Made by a program: the position numbers and the translations under genes. This document shows positions 23,505 through 35,762 of a stretch of DNA of 64,000 nt, piece by piece. Positions within the stretch are counted from its first letter, which is position 1. Each line of letters starts with the position of its first letter. The stretch covers positions 1-64,000 of the forward strand of contig MCFH01000067.1 of assembly GCA_002104945.1 (NCBI GenBank). The letters are read 5' to 3'. The notes beneath the pieces are model-generated. The model did no database searches and was not told the origin of the DNA. It saw only the letters and a list, made by a program, of their open reading frames with translations. The stretch comes from Piromyces finnis finn (Eukaryota > Fungi > Neocallimastigomycota).

Positions 23505-24125
23505 TGATAACGGATTGGTAGTTATATTACAACTTTTTAACTACTTCTTCTGTTATCTTATATTGTTTTATCTCGACAGCTATTGTACGAGCTTTAACAA
23601 TATCTACTAGTTTTATTAATTTATTTTAAGCTATTTTATAGTTTTAATAGTTTTATTATTTAATAATATTTATATAGAATAATAACACCAGATTTATTCT
23701 ATAAAATATTATTTATTATTAACACAATAATTACAAATTAGACAAGTTTAATTTCGTTTTTATATTTTCTTTTATTTATTGTTCTTACGCTCTTTTTAAC
23801 AATAATTTTTATTATATAAAAACTTATTTTTGTCTTTTTAAATATTATTATGTATTCACTAATTAATTATATTAACTATTATTAAAATTTAACTTATTAT
23901 TAATAATCTAAGTCTTCCTATTTTCTACTAAAAATTATTATTATTCTTTATATTAAAAATTATTTTTATAATTTAACCCAATCAAATATATAAATTTATA
24001 AAATATTTGATTTTATGTAAATTATATTTTTATAATAAACTATATAAAATTATTTAATAATTATTTTATAATAAAATTTTCTACTAATATCAAATTTATA
24101 ATATATTTATAATTATTATTTATCA
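23505..24125 (-). repeat. 5' LTR of element A
   Basis: 621-bp direct repeat of 11192-11812. Confidence 0.95.
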
Positions 24126-24138
24126 AAAAATTTCAATA

Positions 24139-24231
24139 GCTCGTGTAGCCTAGAGGTTTAAGGCGTCGTGCTTATAAGGGTGTACCTCTTATGCAACGCG
24201 AAGATCGCGGGTTCGACCCCCGCCATGAGCA
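24139..24231 (+). tRNA. trnI-UAU: tRNA-Ile (anticodon TAT) with a 19-nt intron (24177-24195)
   Basis: Acceptor stem GCTCGTG/CATGAGC, anticodon stem TCGTG/CGCGA, loop CT-TAT-A with the intron after position 37, T-arm GCGGG-TTCGACC-CCCGC, followed by T-runs. Confidence 0.95.
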
Positions 24232-24506
24232 ATATATTTTTAATAATTTTTTAAAATTATATATTTGAATTGATTTAATTTTTCATCTAAATAGAAGATT
24301 AAATAATAATAATAATAATAATATACGTTCAAGAAAATAATGATTTTGAATTTAAAAGATTAAATAATAATTATTTTGATATTATTTCTTATATTGAAGA
24401 ATTAAGTAAAACTAATATAAGACTATTTCCATTTTATAGATCAGATAAATATAAAGAATTTAGGTTAATTCAAGACTATATCTACTCTCATTTTGATAAA
24501 AATATT

Positions 24507-27500
24507 ATGGAAATAAAAGATATTATTCTTAGAAATGATTTAAATCAATTAATGGAATATATAAGGAATAATAACATTAAAACTGAACAGATAGATACTA
24601 ATTATAAACGTGTAATTGATTATTTTTGTAGATATTCTTCTTTATCTGATGACTTGGAAAAATTTATAAATACCTTTTTCGATACAAGAAAATATGAAGT
24701 TATAAAAATAATAGAAAGAAGGGATTTAAATGAATTAAAACAATACAAAGATAAACATATTGATGAATTTAAAGAACTTGATAATAATGATTTTAATATT
24801 ATGGAGTATATATATGATATGGATCATCAAGTACCGATTTCTATTAAAAAATACATAACTCAACATTATACAAAGGAAAGAAGGGAAGTTCTTAAACTCA
24901 TACAAAAAAATAATATAAAAACATTAATAGAGCATATAAAAGAAAACCATTTTATTTTTGTTGATGATGAAATTATTTACTTTGATGATTTAGATGACGA
25001 CTATTTTAATATTGTAGAATTTTGCAAAACTACTAAACATATTTGTGATAATATGAAGAATTATGTTATTAACCATTATACAAAAAACAGATCTTGTATT
25101 GTTGAATCTATTAGAAGAAAAAATATAAGAGAAATGAAGAGATATATAAATAACTATGGAATAGAAATAAAATCCATCAATGATCAATATTTTAATATAT
25201 TTGATTACTGTGATGAAGAAATTTCTAATAAAAGTTTATCTTCAAAAATGAAATATATTATGTTAAAAAACTATGATGAACTTCATTTAAAAGTAATAGA
25301 AATGTTATCAAATGGATTTAAAAAAAGCTCATTTAATTATATAAATGATAAAAATATGGAGTTTAAGGATTTAGACGACGAAAACTTCAATATCATTAAG
25401 TTTTGTGATTCAGAATATAGTAGGATAGACAGTGATTCCAGAAATTATGTAATTAGTCATTATAATCGTCAAAGAGGAACAATAGTAGATTTCATTACTA
25501 ATGGTGAGTTAATGAAATTGAAAGATTTTCTTAGAGAAAATAAATTAAATTTAGAAGATATTAATGATAATATGTTTAATATCAAAAAATATACCTTATC
25601 TCTTTATAATGATAATGATAGTGTGATTGATTGTGAAATGAAAGACTATATTGTAATACATACAGATAAAAAGAAGAAAGAAGTAATTGAAATTATAGAA
25701 AAAAATAATGTTAACATTTTGGAAGAATATATTAATGAAAATAATTTGCAATTTAAGGATATAGATAATAAGTATTTAAACTTTATAAATTATGTCAAAA
25801 GAATTTACGAGAATCAAATTATTTCGAAAGAAGTACTACAATTAGTATTCTTACATTATGATACCACTATAAGAGAAATAATAGAAACAATCCAAAGAAA
25901 TGACTTTGAAGAATTTAAAAATTATATACTTGAACATAAAACGGAATATAAATTATTTAATATAAAGTATTTTAATATAATTGAAATGTTACTTTTTAAT
26001 TTAATAATAGGTTCACCTCGTTTAAATATATTAATATCTGATTTCTTTAATAAGAAAAAATGTTATATTTTGGAATATATTTTTAAAAGTGATATTTCTC
26101 ATTTAAAAGAGTATATACAAGATAATCATATTAACGAATTAATCGAATTAAATGATTCATATTTTGATATCAATGAATTTTACCTTTCTTTTCAAAATTC
26201 TTTTTCGGAGGAAATAAATTATTTTATTATTATCCATTTAAATCAACAGAGATCTCAAATTATAGAAATGATTGATAATGAGCAATCTTTTGAATTGACA
26301 AGATATACAGAAGAAAATCATTTTGAATTTAAAAGCTTAAATTATTTAAACTTTAATATAATAGAGTATTGTAAAACAATGAAGTTTTCATCGAATATAA
26401 TAAGATATATTATAATCAATTATGATAATAATAGATCTAATCTTGTTAATACAATTAATAAAAAGACATTAAAAGAATTAAAAGATTATGTTAAGGAAAA
26501 TAATATTGAATTTAGAAAAATGAATGACAAGTATTTTAATATTTTTGATTATTGCGATTCCTGTGATGCTAAAGATTATATAATTAACCATTATTATAAG
26601 GAAAGGAATGATATCGTCAATTTTATTGAAGATAATAACTTAACCGGACTAAAACTTTATCTTATTGAAAATAATATAGAATTAGAAGATATAAATGATA
26701 ACTTATTTAATATAAAACAATATATATATGCTCTCTATGACGAAGGATTAATTATAGAGGATATTAAAGATTTTATTAATATATATACAGACAAAAAGAA
26801 AAGAGAAATTATTGAAATTATTGAAAGAAATAGAATTACTGATTTGAAGAGTTATGTAGAAAAAAATAAATTTGAATTTAAAACCTTAAATGATGGTCGT
26901 CTAGATATTATTAATTATATTATGAATATTTATGATAATGGTATTATTTCTTCTGAAATCAAACATTTTATTTTCTCTCACTTTGATAATGTAATATATA
27001 AAATAATAGAAATAATTAAGAGAAATTCACTTGATGAACTTATGAATTATATTTCAAATAATAAATTAAATTATAAAATAATCAATAAAAATTATTTTGA
27101 TATAATTGAAGCAATACGTTCTGATAATCCACACATCTCTGTTGATCTAAAAGATTTTATCAAAGTATTTATCGAACCAAAAAAGTATGTGATTATTGAC
27201 ATAATTATGAATAATAGTTTAACTAGATTAAAACAGTATAAAAAGGAATATCATATTGGTGGTTTTAATGAATTAAATGACCAACATTTTAACATAATGG
27301 AATTTTGTAAATCAAATAATAAAATTTCATCTGATATAATATTATATATAAATAGTCATATGTATGAAAACAGAAGTAAAATTATTGAGATGATTGATAA
27401 TAAAAATTTATCAGAATTAGAAAAATATACTGAAGTTAATCATTATGAATACAAAAGCTTAAATGATGAAGAATTTAATATTGAAAATTACTGTGAAAAA

Positions 27501-28423
27501 AAAAATATTACTTCCAATATAAAAAATCATATCTTGATTCACTATGATAAATTTAGATTTAAAATAGTTACTCTTATTAAAGATATTATTGATGCTGAGA
27601 AAAGAAAACGGACTTTTAATAATAATACTATTTTCCGATCATTAGATGAACAACAAAATCAATATTCTGGGCCAGAACCCGAACATTTATTAAATGTTTT
27701 TAAAGAATATGTTGAAAACTTTTGTATTCAATTTCAAAATATTAATGATGACTACTTTGATATTATTGAATTCCTAGATCTTAAAGATCAAGAAACAATA
27801 GTTAATATAATTAATACACATTATAGTGAACAAAGATCAAAAATATTTGATTATATTAAAAATAGTAACTTATATGAATTGAAAAACTATACCATTGAGA
27901 ATTCAATTATTCTTGAAAAATTAAATACTAAAGAATTTGATATTTTATCTTATTCCATGAAACATCTTAATCCATCAACTAAAATTGTTGATTATATTAT
28001 TAATCAAAGAGGATATGATTTTTCAATTTATAAAAAATTAAAATTGACAGAATTTCCACTTTATATTGCTCTTTCAAAGGATAATTATGAAATGGCTAAT
28101 ATGTTATTAAAAAATAAAATGGATATAAATAGCCATGGATGTAGTTTAATAAAAGATCGAATAATAAATATGCAATTAAATATTTAATTTATAATAATTA
28201 TGATATAAACAACATTGAATATTTTTCTATTAATATTTCAAGACTAATTGAAAATTATTGTATTTATGATAATCGTTTTATTTTATATTTGCTCTGCCAT
28301 TATAAACAACAGAAACCAATATCAAAATGTCAACTTCAACAAATAATTTGTAAAGAGAAAAATAAACTTGGACATAGCAGAATACACCATAGCTTTTCCC
28401 ATCATTTTTCTTTTGGTTATTAG
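24507..28423 (+). CDS. Protein of about 17-18 tandem ~60-aa helical repeats plus a C-terminal ankyrin-like region; apparent 1-nt frameshift near 28151
   Basis: Repeat consensus R..II..I....L..L..YI..N.IEF..LND..FNI..Y. The ORF stops at 28187, but another frame continues SNNKYAIKYLIYNNYDIN... to TAG at 28421-28423. Confidence 0.8.
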
Positions 28424-30778
28424 TTTTTAATATTTAATTTTAAGGGATCTAAAATATTGCTATTACTATTTTTTTTTCATTTTACTAGATAGTAATTAAA
28501 AATATATTATGTATTGTATAATATCATTTATTTTTATTAATTTTATATTAATGTTGTATAATAATAAAGCATAAATCTATTAAAAAACAATAGTATATTT
28601 AACTATCTCTCTTTTTTAAAAGTTAAATTTATTATTAATAAATAGTATTTTTTAAAATATCTATTTTATAACATTAGAAAAACTAGTGTGTAATAAATTT
28701 TTATTTTCATATGTTTAATAAAAATTAAATATTAATAATTAATTTATGTGTTAACTCTTTCTCTTTCTCTTTTTTTTTTTTTTTGCTATTATTTTCTTTA
28801 TTATATAAGAATTTTTACATAAAATAAATAGTATTTTAACAGAATTCAATATATCTATTTTTTAATGTTTTATTAAATTTTAAAAAGCTATTAACAAAAG
28901 TCAATTCCCACATGTTTGTTTGGTTGTCCATTTTGACAAATTATAAAAGGACAAAGTTTATTTCTTATATTCTTAATTTAAATATTCTTTACATAAAATA
29001 AGACTAATAAAAAATAATATATAATAATATATTGTATACATCAAATAATGTTCTTATATATAAAATTAATTTTTTAAGACTTAACATTTATTTAATACAT
29101 TACAAATAAAAAAATAAATTTAATAATAAAAAAATCCTATTAAACTTAATATAGAAATAAGCTTTTTTCCCTTTTATTTATAAAATTAAATATAGAGTAG
29201 AAATTAGCTCTTTATTAACAATTAAATTGATATTCATAATATTATTTATAGTTTTATTTCCAATAAGATATTTAAAATATCAAATTAAATAATATAAATA
29301 ATATAAATATATAAGTGATTCAATTTCTAAATAAATGATTTTTTATATAATATTTTATTTATGAATTTATAAATCCATTAATATATTTTAGTGATAATAC
29401 TTAAAACATAAATGTTAACACTATATAAAAATTTAAATAAAACATTGATATAATGAAATTTAAAGTATTACACCTTTCTTAACATTTTATTATATTATTA
29501 TTCAATGTATTAATAGTATACTAAAATTTACCGAATAAATTATAAAATAAGTTTAAAAAAAACTTTAAAAACTTAATATCAATATTATTATAATAATAAT
29601 CAATACTATAGCAATATTAATGAATAATAATATAATACAGAAAATGAAATATTAAATATAAAAAAGTCTTATAATTGCATTTAAAATGAAAAATTTAATG
29701 TTTAAATGGTGGTTTCTTTTCTTAATATAAATAAAGTTTCAAAAAATATTTAAAAAAATAAACTTTTTGTTTTTATATTAAAAAAAGATTAAAATAAAAA
29801 CAAACAAACAAAAAAAAAAAAAAAAAAAACAGAAAAAAAAAAAGGATAGTTATTATCATATAAATGTTATTATTATTATATATATATTGCTAAAATATAC
29901 TCTTTTAATAATATATTAATATTGATTTTATTAGAAGAAGGTGTTTTCAAAATCTATCACATAGTAGTAGTAATATATTTAAATATATAAATACATTTAA
30001 TAATTACTTCTTCATTAGTATATTTGTTAAAAATTAAATAAATATTTACCATTTTATCTCATTCACTTAATTCCATCTGAACTTTGGAATTTATTAAATT
30101 TGTAACAATTTAACTTAAATCCTTTATAAAATATAAAACAATTTTGTTTTTTTATATAAAATAGGTTTTAATATAATTTTGTACTTTTTTTTTTAAAAAA
30201 AAGGGAAATTAAAAATATTATTTTTTGTGATAATATACCACCTAAACTTGGAAAGTTACCAAAATTAAAAGCTTCGTAATTAATTATAAAATTCATTATA
30301 TAAAGTATAGAGAAATATTTATATTTATTATTAAAAATTTAAATTATTATTTGAAAACAACTTAAATGATTCAATATCAAATAAAGAGAAATTAAAATGT
30401 AAAACTATAATTTTCTTTCTTATTGATATTAGTAAACTTATTACAAAATACAAAATAATAATTTTTTTTTTATCAATACCTCCAAGAAATAGTTAATATT
30501 TAAAAAAGATATATATTTATAAAATATTTATTTTAAATATTTTTTTTTATTAAATAAAAGTAATTTTCATTATAAAGAATTATAGAATTGTTATAATAAC
30601 ATTTCTTTTTGACTTTGCATTTAGTTACTTTTAATATATAATATTAAAAAATAAAAATAAAAATACTTTAAATAGCTTTTTTAACTTTAGAAATCTTATT
30701 TTTTATATAATATAATTTTTTTTTTTTAAACTTTTCGACTTTTCATTTATTTTATAATTATAAACCATCAACTAAATA

Positions 30779-32555
30779 ATGAACATATTTAATTTACTAA
30801 TTACTATCATCATTATTATAATAAAGATTATTTCTGCACAAAATAATACTATTGAAGAATGTATTTTAATTAATAAATTATTGAATAAGGAACAATCACA
30901 TAACTGTTGTCAAATTGATGGAATTACATGTTCAAAGAGTCATGTAACTGGCATGTAATGAATAAATAAAAATTGTTATTATTATCTATATAATAATACA
31001 TATTATTTTTATTATTAAAACATATTGAATATGTATATATTTCTTCATTAACATTATTTTTACTTAAAAAGATATATTCTAGATTTAACTTTGAGTAGTT
31101 CTTTACCACCCGAACTTGGAAATTTAATTAATCTAGAATCTATGTAATTAATTATACTATTTTAAATATATCGTTATATATATATATATATATATTTAAT
31201 TATTTTTATATTATTCAAAAAAAAAAAAAAAAAAAAAAAAAGATACATCCAGAGTAATAATCTAATTGGCTCTTTACCAACTGAACTTGGGAAATTATCT
31301 CATTTAACATATTTGTAACTATAATAATATATATGTATATTTACATAAGAAAATGAAAATTTATCTTTTATATTTTTAATTCATTTTATTTAGATATATT
31401 CAAGGAAATGGCATAGATGGCCCAATACCACCTGAATATGGAAATTTATATAATTTAGAAGATCTGTAATTATTTAGATATTAATTTATGGAAAATGTTT
31501 TTTTTTTTTTTTTTCTCTATCAATTAAATCTATTTTTTTATTTGAAATAGTATATTACCTTATAATAATTTAACAGGTTCAATTCCTTCTTCAATAGGAA
31601 ATTTATCAAAATTAAAAATCTTGTAATTAATCATAAATAGCAATTTAATAATTAACATAAAAATACATTTATTATTAACTATTATATATATATATATATT
31701 TTTTTCAAAGAAATTTATCAAATAACAATTTAAGTGGTGTTATACCACCAGAAATAGGAAATTTATCAAACTTAGAAAGACTGTACTTAAATTTAATACT
31801 CACCAAAGATTTTTTTTATTCATATATTCATATATATTTTATTTATTAATTGTTATTATAATATATATATTAATATGAAATAGGCAAATTTATAATAATA
31901 GTTTTAGTGGTGCTATACCATCTAATTTTGGAAATTTTTCAAATTTAAGAAATTTGTAATATTTAGCAGTATATTATTATTTATTTATAATTTTATAATA
32001 TAATACTTTATTTATTATTAAAACCTTTTCTTTTAAATAGACAAGCGCATTTTAATAATTTTGATGGGAATATACCGCCAGAAATTGGAAATTTATCTAA
32101 ATTGGAACACTTGTAATTTTTGCAAAATATTTATTTATTGCAAATTGTTATATATTTATGTTAATAAATATTTAATTTTAATTTTGACAGAAATCTAAAT
32201 GTTAATAATTTAACTGGATCTATTCCTCCTGAACTTGGAAACTTGTCTAAATTAAAAAATCTGTAATTAATATTAAATAAATATTTATTGATAATAACAA
32301 TTATTTCAAGTATATAATATATAATACTTTATAAAGGAATAATTGTTTTAAAAAATTTATTTTAATTTTTTTTCTTTTTTTTTGATGAAAAGAGATTTAT
32401 CGAGAAATAATTTAACTGGATCTATACCACCTGAACTTGGAAAGTTATCAAGATTAGAAACTTTGTAATTATAATTATGTCACATTTTATTATGATAGAA
32501 TGTAAAGAAATTAAAAAATGTCTATGCTTGTTTATTAATTGTTTTTTATTATTTA

Positions 32556-32598
<43 letters not shown>

Positions 32599-33029
32599 TA
32601 TATTCAAAATAGAAAATTATATAATAATAATTTAACTGGTTCAATTCCAAAGGAAATCATGAAATTAAATATAAAATTGTAATTAATTATATTAATTATT
32701 TTTTTTTTTTTACTTTTTAAAGATATCATATGAAAAAAAGATTTTTAGTGAATATTTACAAATTCTCTATTTTAATACATATTTATATTTATTAAATATA
32801 AAGGGATATATCAAACAATCCATTATTAGATACCGACAATAATAATAATAATAATAAGTTAATAACAATTATTCCTATTGCTGTAGTATGTTTAATAATT
32901 ATCGCTGTAATAATAGCAATTGCATATGTAAAAACAAAAAAGAAAATTGCTGAAAAAGAAATTGAAAAGAAGAAGAAGAATGTAATATCCTTTGGTTCAG
33001 AAAATCACCCGAACGTTTACATTACTTAA
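30779..33029 (+). CDS. LRR receptor-like protein 1: signal peptide, Cys cap, 10 LRRs, TM helix, short basic tail; 12 exons, about 371 aa
   Basis: Exons 30779-30954, 31072-31143, 31243-31314, 31394-31465, 31551-31622, 31711-31782, 31884-31955, 32041-32112, 32191-32262, 32393-32464, 32613-32678, 32804-33029. All introns GT-AG, phase 2. Repeat consensus LxxNxLxGxIPPELGNLxxLxxL. Confidence 0.9.
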
Positions 33030-33459
33030 AAATATTTAAAGTATAAATATATTTATTCATTTATTCATTTATTTATTCATTTATTTATTGTAAATAAAAA
33101 AATATTAAGTTTATTACATTATTCATTATTGTAAAGTATATTGTAATTGTAAAAATTAATGTATCAATTCTAGATAAATTAATGTATCAACATTAATATT
33201 TCATAAAATAAAAAGTCAACAATTATATATATAAAAGTTTTTTTTTTCTTTGAATTTTTGAAAAAAGCCATTAATAGATGGTTATATTTTTTATAATATT
33301 GTTTTTTTTTTCTAAAATTAATTTTCTTTCATTTTATATTTATTCGTATTCATAATCTATCCTAACAATTAATGATTAAACTTTTTTAAGTATTTAAAAA
33401 ATTTTTTCTTATCAATATAAAAAAAATTTAATGTTACTAAATATCCATATTTACCTTTA

Positions 33460-35762
33460 ATGAAGATGAATATATATTTTTTTCTCATTAATTTCATTTT
33501 TAATTTAAAATTTACTTCTGCAAGTATTCACGAAGAATGTGGTGTAATATGTAAATTAATAAATAAACAATTAGATAATTGTTGTTTAGAAAAAGATATT
33601 ATATGCTCAGATGATGGCCATATTATTAAAATGTAATGATATTATTTTATTAGGATATTTAAGAAAATACACTCCTAAATAAATATTTAAATACTTTTTC
33701 TTGTAAATTTAAGAATTTAAATAATAAACTAAATATTCCATAAATTCTTAATAAATGAAAATTTAAGCGATTATGTTATAAATAATTTAAAATTTTCAAT
33801 TATATAAGTACTTAAATTATTGTTTTTTCTTTTTATTTTCATTTTATAATACATTATACATTATTATTATTATTATTAATATTATATTTTTTTTTAAAAA
33901 AAAGATATATGCAAATTGATAATATAAGTGTTTCTCTACCACCTGAAATCGGAAAATTAACGCATTTACGTTTAATGTAATAATATAAAATATTAAATTC
34001 TTTTATATGATAGATCAATAATTATTTTAATCTATTATATGATAGGTATATATTTGGAAATGGTTTATATGGTCCTATACCACCTGAAATTGGAAATTTA
34101 ACAAATTTAGAATATCTGTAGTTATTATTATTTATTTATTTATTTATTTACTATTATATATAATATAAAAATATATTATTCACTTTTGTTTTCTCTCTTT
34201 TATTTTAAATAGATATTTACATGGAAGTAATTTAAGTAGTGCTTTACCACCGGAACTTGGAAATTTATCAAATTTGGAAGAATTGTAAAATATATAATAA
34301 AATATTGATATTAATATAATTTTTTTAATGCTATTTTTATATATAATTAAAAAGAAATATATCTAAAAGTAATATTTTTGGTTCTATTCCTTCTTCTTTT
34401 GGAAATCTATTAAAATTAAAAAGACTGTAATTTTTTTATAACTATATAATATAAAATTTTCTTTAAATTCACTAAATTAATTTATATTATTTATAATAGT
34501 TATTTATTTGAAAATAAATTAAGTAATTTTATACCACCAGAACTTTGGAATTTAACAAATTTGAAATTAATGTAATTATTTTTTAAATATTCAATTATTA
34601 AATATTATTATTTTTATTAATACTATTAAATATTTTATTTTTACATGAAAAAGACAACTTTTTAGCAATAAACTGTATGGTTCATTACCACCAGAGATAG
34701 GAAATTTATTAAATTTAAATATTCTGTAATTAACTTTATATTATTTAATATTAATTATTAAATAATAGTAATTAAGACTTTCATATTATTATCTTGAAAT
34801 AGTGATCTAAATGGAAATAATATAAGTGGTGATATTCCTCATGAGTTTGGGAATTTATTAAATTTAGAATATTTGTAATTATATCTTATATAATCTATGA
34901 TATATAAAACATATATTTAATTATATTTAATATTATAATTTTATTTTATTTTATTTTAAATAGAAATTTATCTAATAATACTTTAACTGGTTCTATCCCA
35001 TCGAAACTTGGAAATTTAACTAATTTAAAAAAATTGTAATTAATAAGAAATACTTTATTTTTTTTTTTTTTTGCATTTATAAAAAAAATAAATAAATTTT
35101 TTATTAAATATTTTGCTTTATGTAATGATTTATCTGAAACATATATATAATTTAATTCTATTTATTATTATAATTATATTTTATTTTTAAATAGAAATTT
35201 ATCTAATAATTCTCTAACTGGCTCTATTCCTCCTGAACTTGGAAATTTACAAAAATTAGAAACTTTGTAATTATATTAAATATTTTTTTTATTATTGATA
35301 ATAGTTAAAAGTATTAACAATTAATTATTAATTATTATTTTTATTATTTTTCATTCAAAATAGATCCTTATCTGACAATAATTTAAGTGGTTCAATTCCA
35401 AAAAATATAAAGAAATTAAAAATAAATATGTAATTATAAAGATTTATATATTTATATTAATTAAATTATTATTATTTTATTTTATTTTATTTAATAAATT
35501 ATATTTTAAAATATATATTTTATTTAATAAATATGCATCAAATAATCCATTATTAGATTTGGATTCTGGAATTAGTACACTATTGATTATTATGGTGATC
35601 GCCGGTATATTATTTGCGATTATATTATTTTCAATTATATATTTAAAAGTATTCAAAAAAAACAAAAAGGGAAAGAAAAATAAAAATAATAACAATTTTA
35701 TTTCAACAAAACATGTTTATGTAAATACTTTTGAAGAAGATTCAAATATTAGTAAAATTTGA
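33460..35762 (+). CDS. LRR receptor-like protein 2, tandem paralog with the same 12-exon layout (about 372 aa); last acceptor reads AA
   Basis: Exons 33460-33632, 33905-33976, 34046-34117, 34213-34284, 34355-34426, 34500-34571, 34654-34725, 34803-34874, 34964-35035, 35195-35266, 35364-35429, and 35531-35762 by homology to paralog 1. Confidence 0.85.

Larger units (their letters stand above)
11192..24125 (-). mobile_element. Ty3/gypsy LTR retrotransposon A (full length, no chromodomain), interrupted by element B
   Basis: Two 621-bp LTRs (11192-11812 and 23505-24125; one substitution seen), TG..CA ends, AAAA flanks, PBS, PPT, gag and pol in PR-RT-RH-IN order. Confidence 0.96.
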
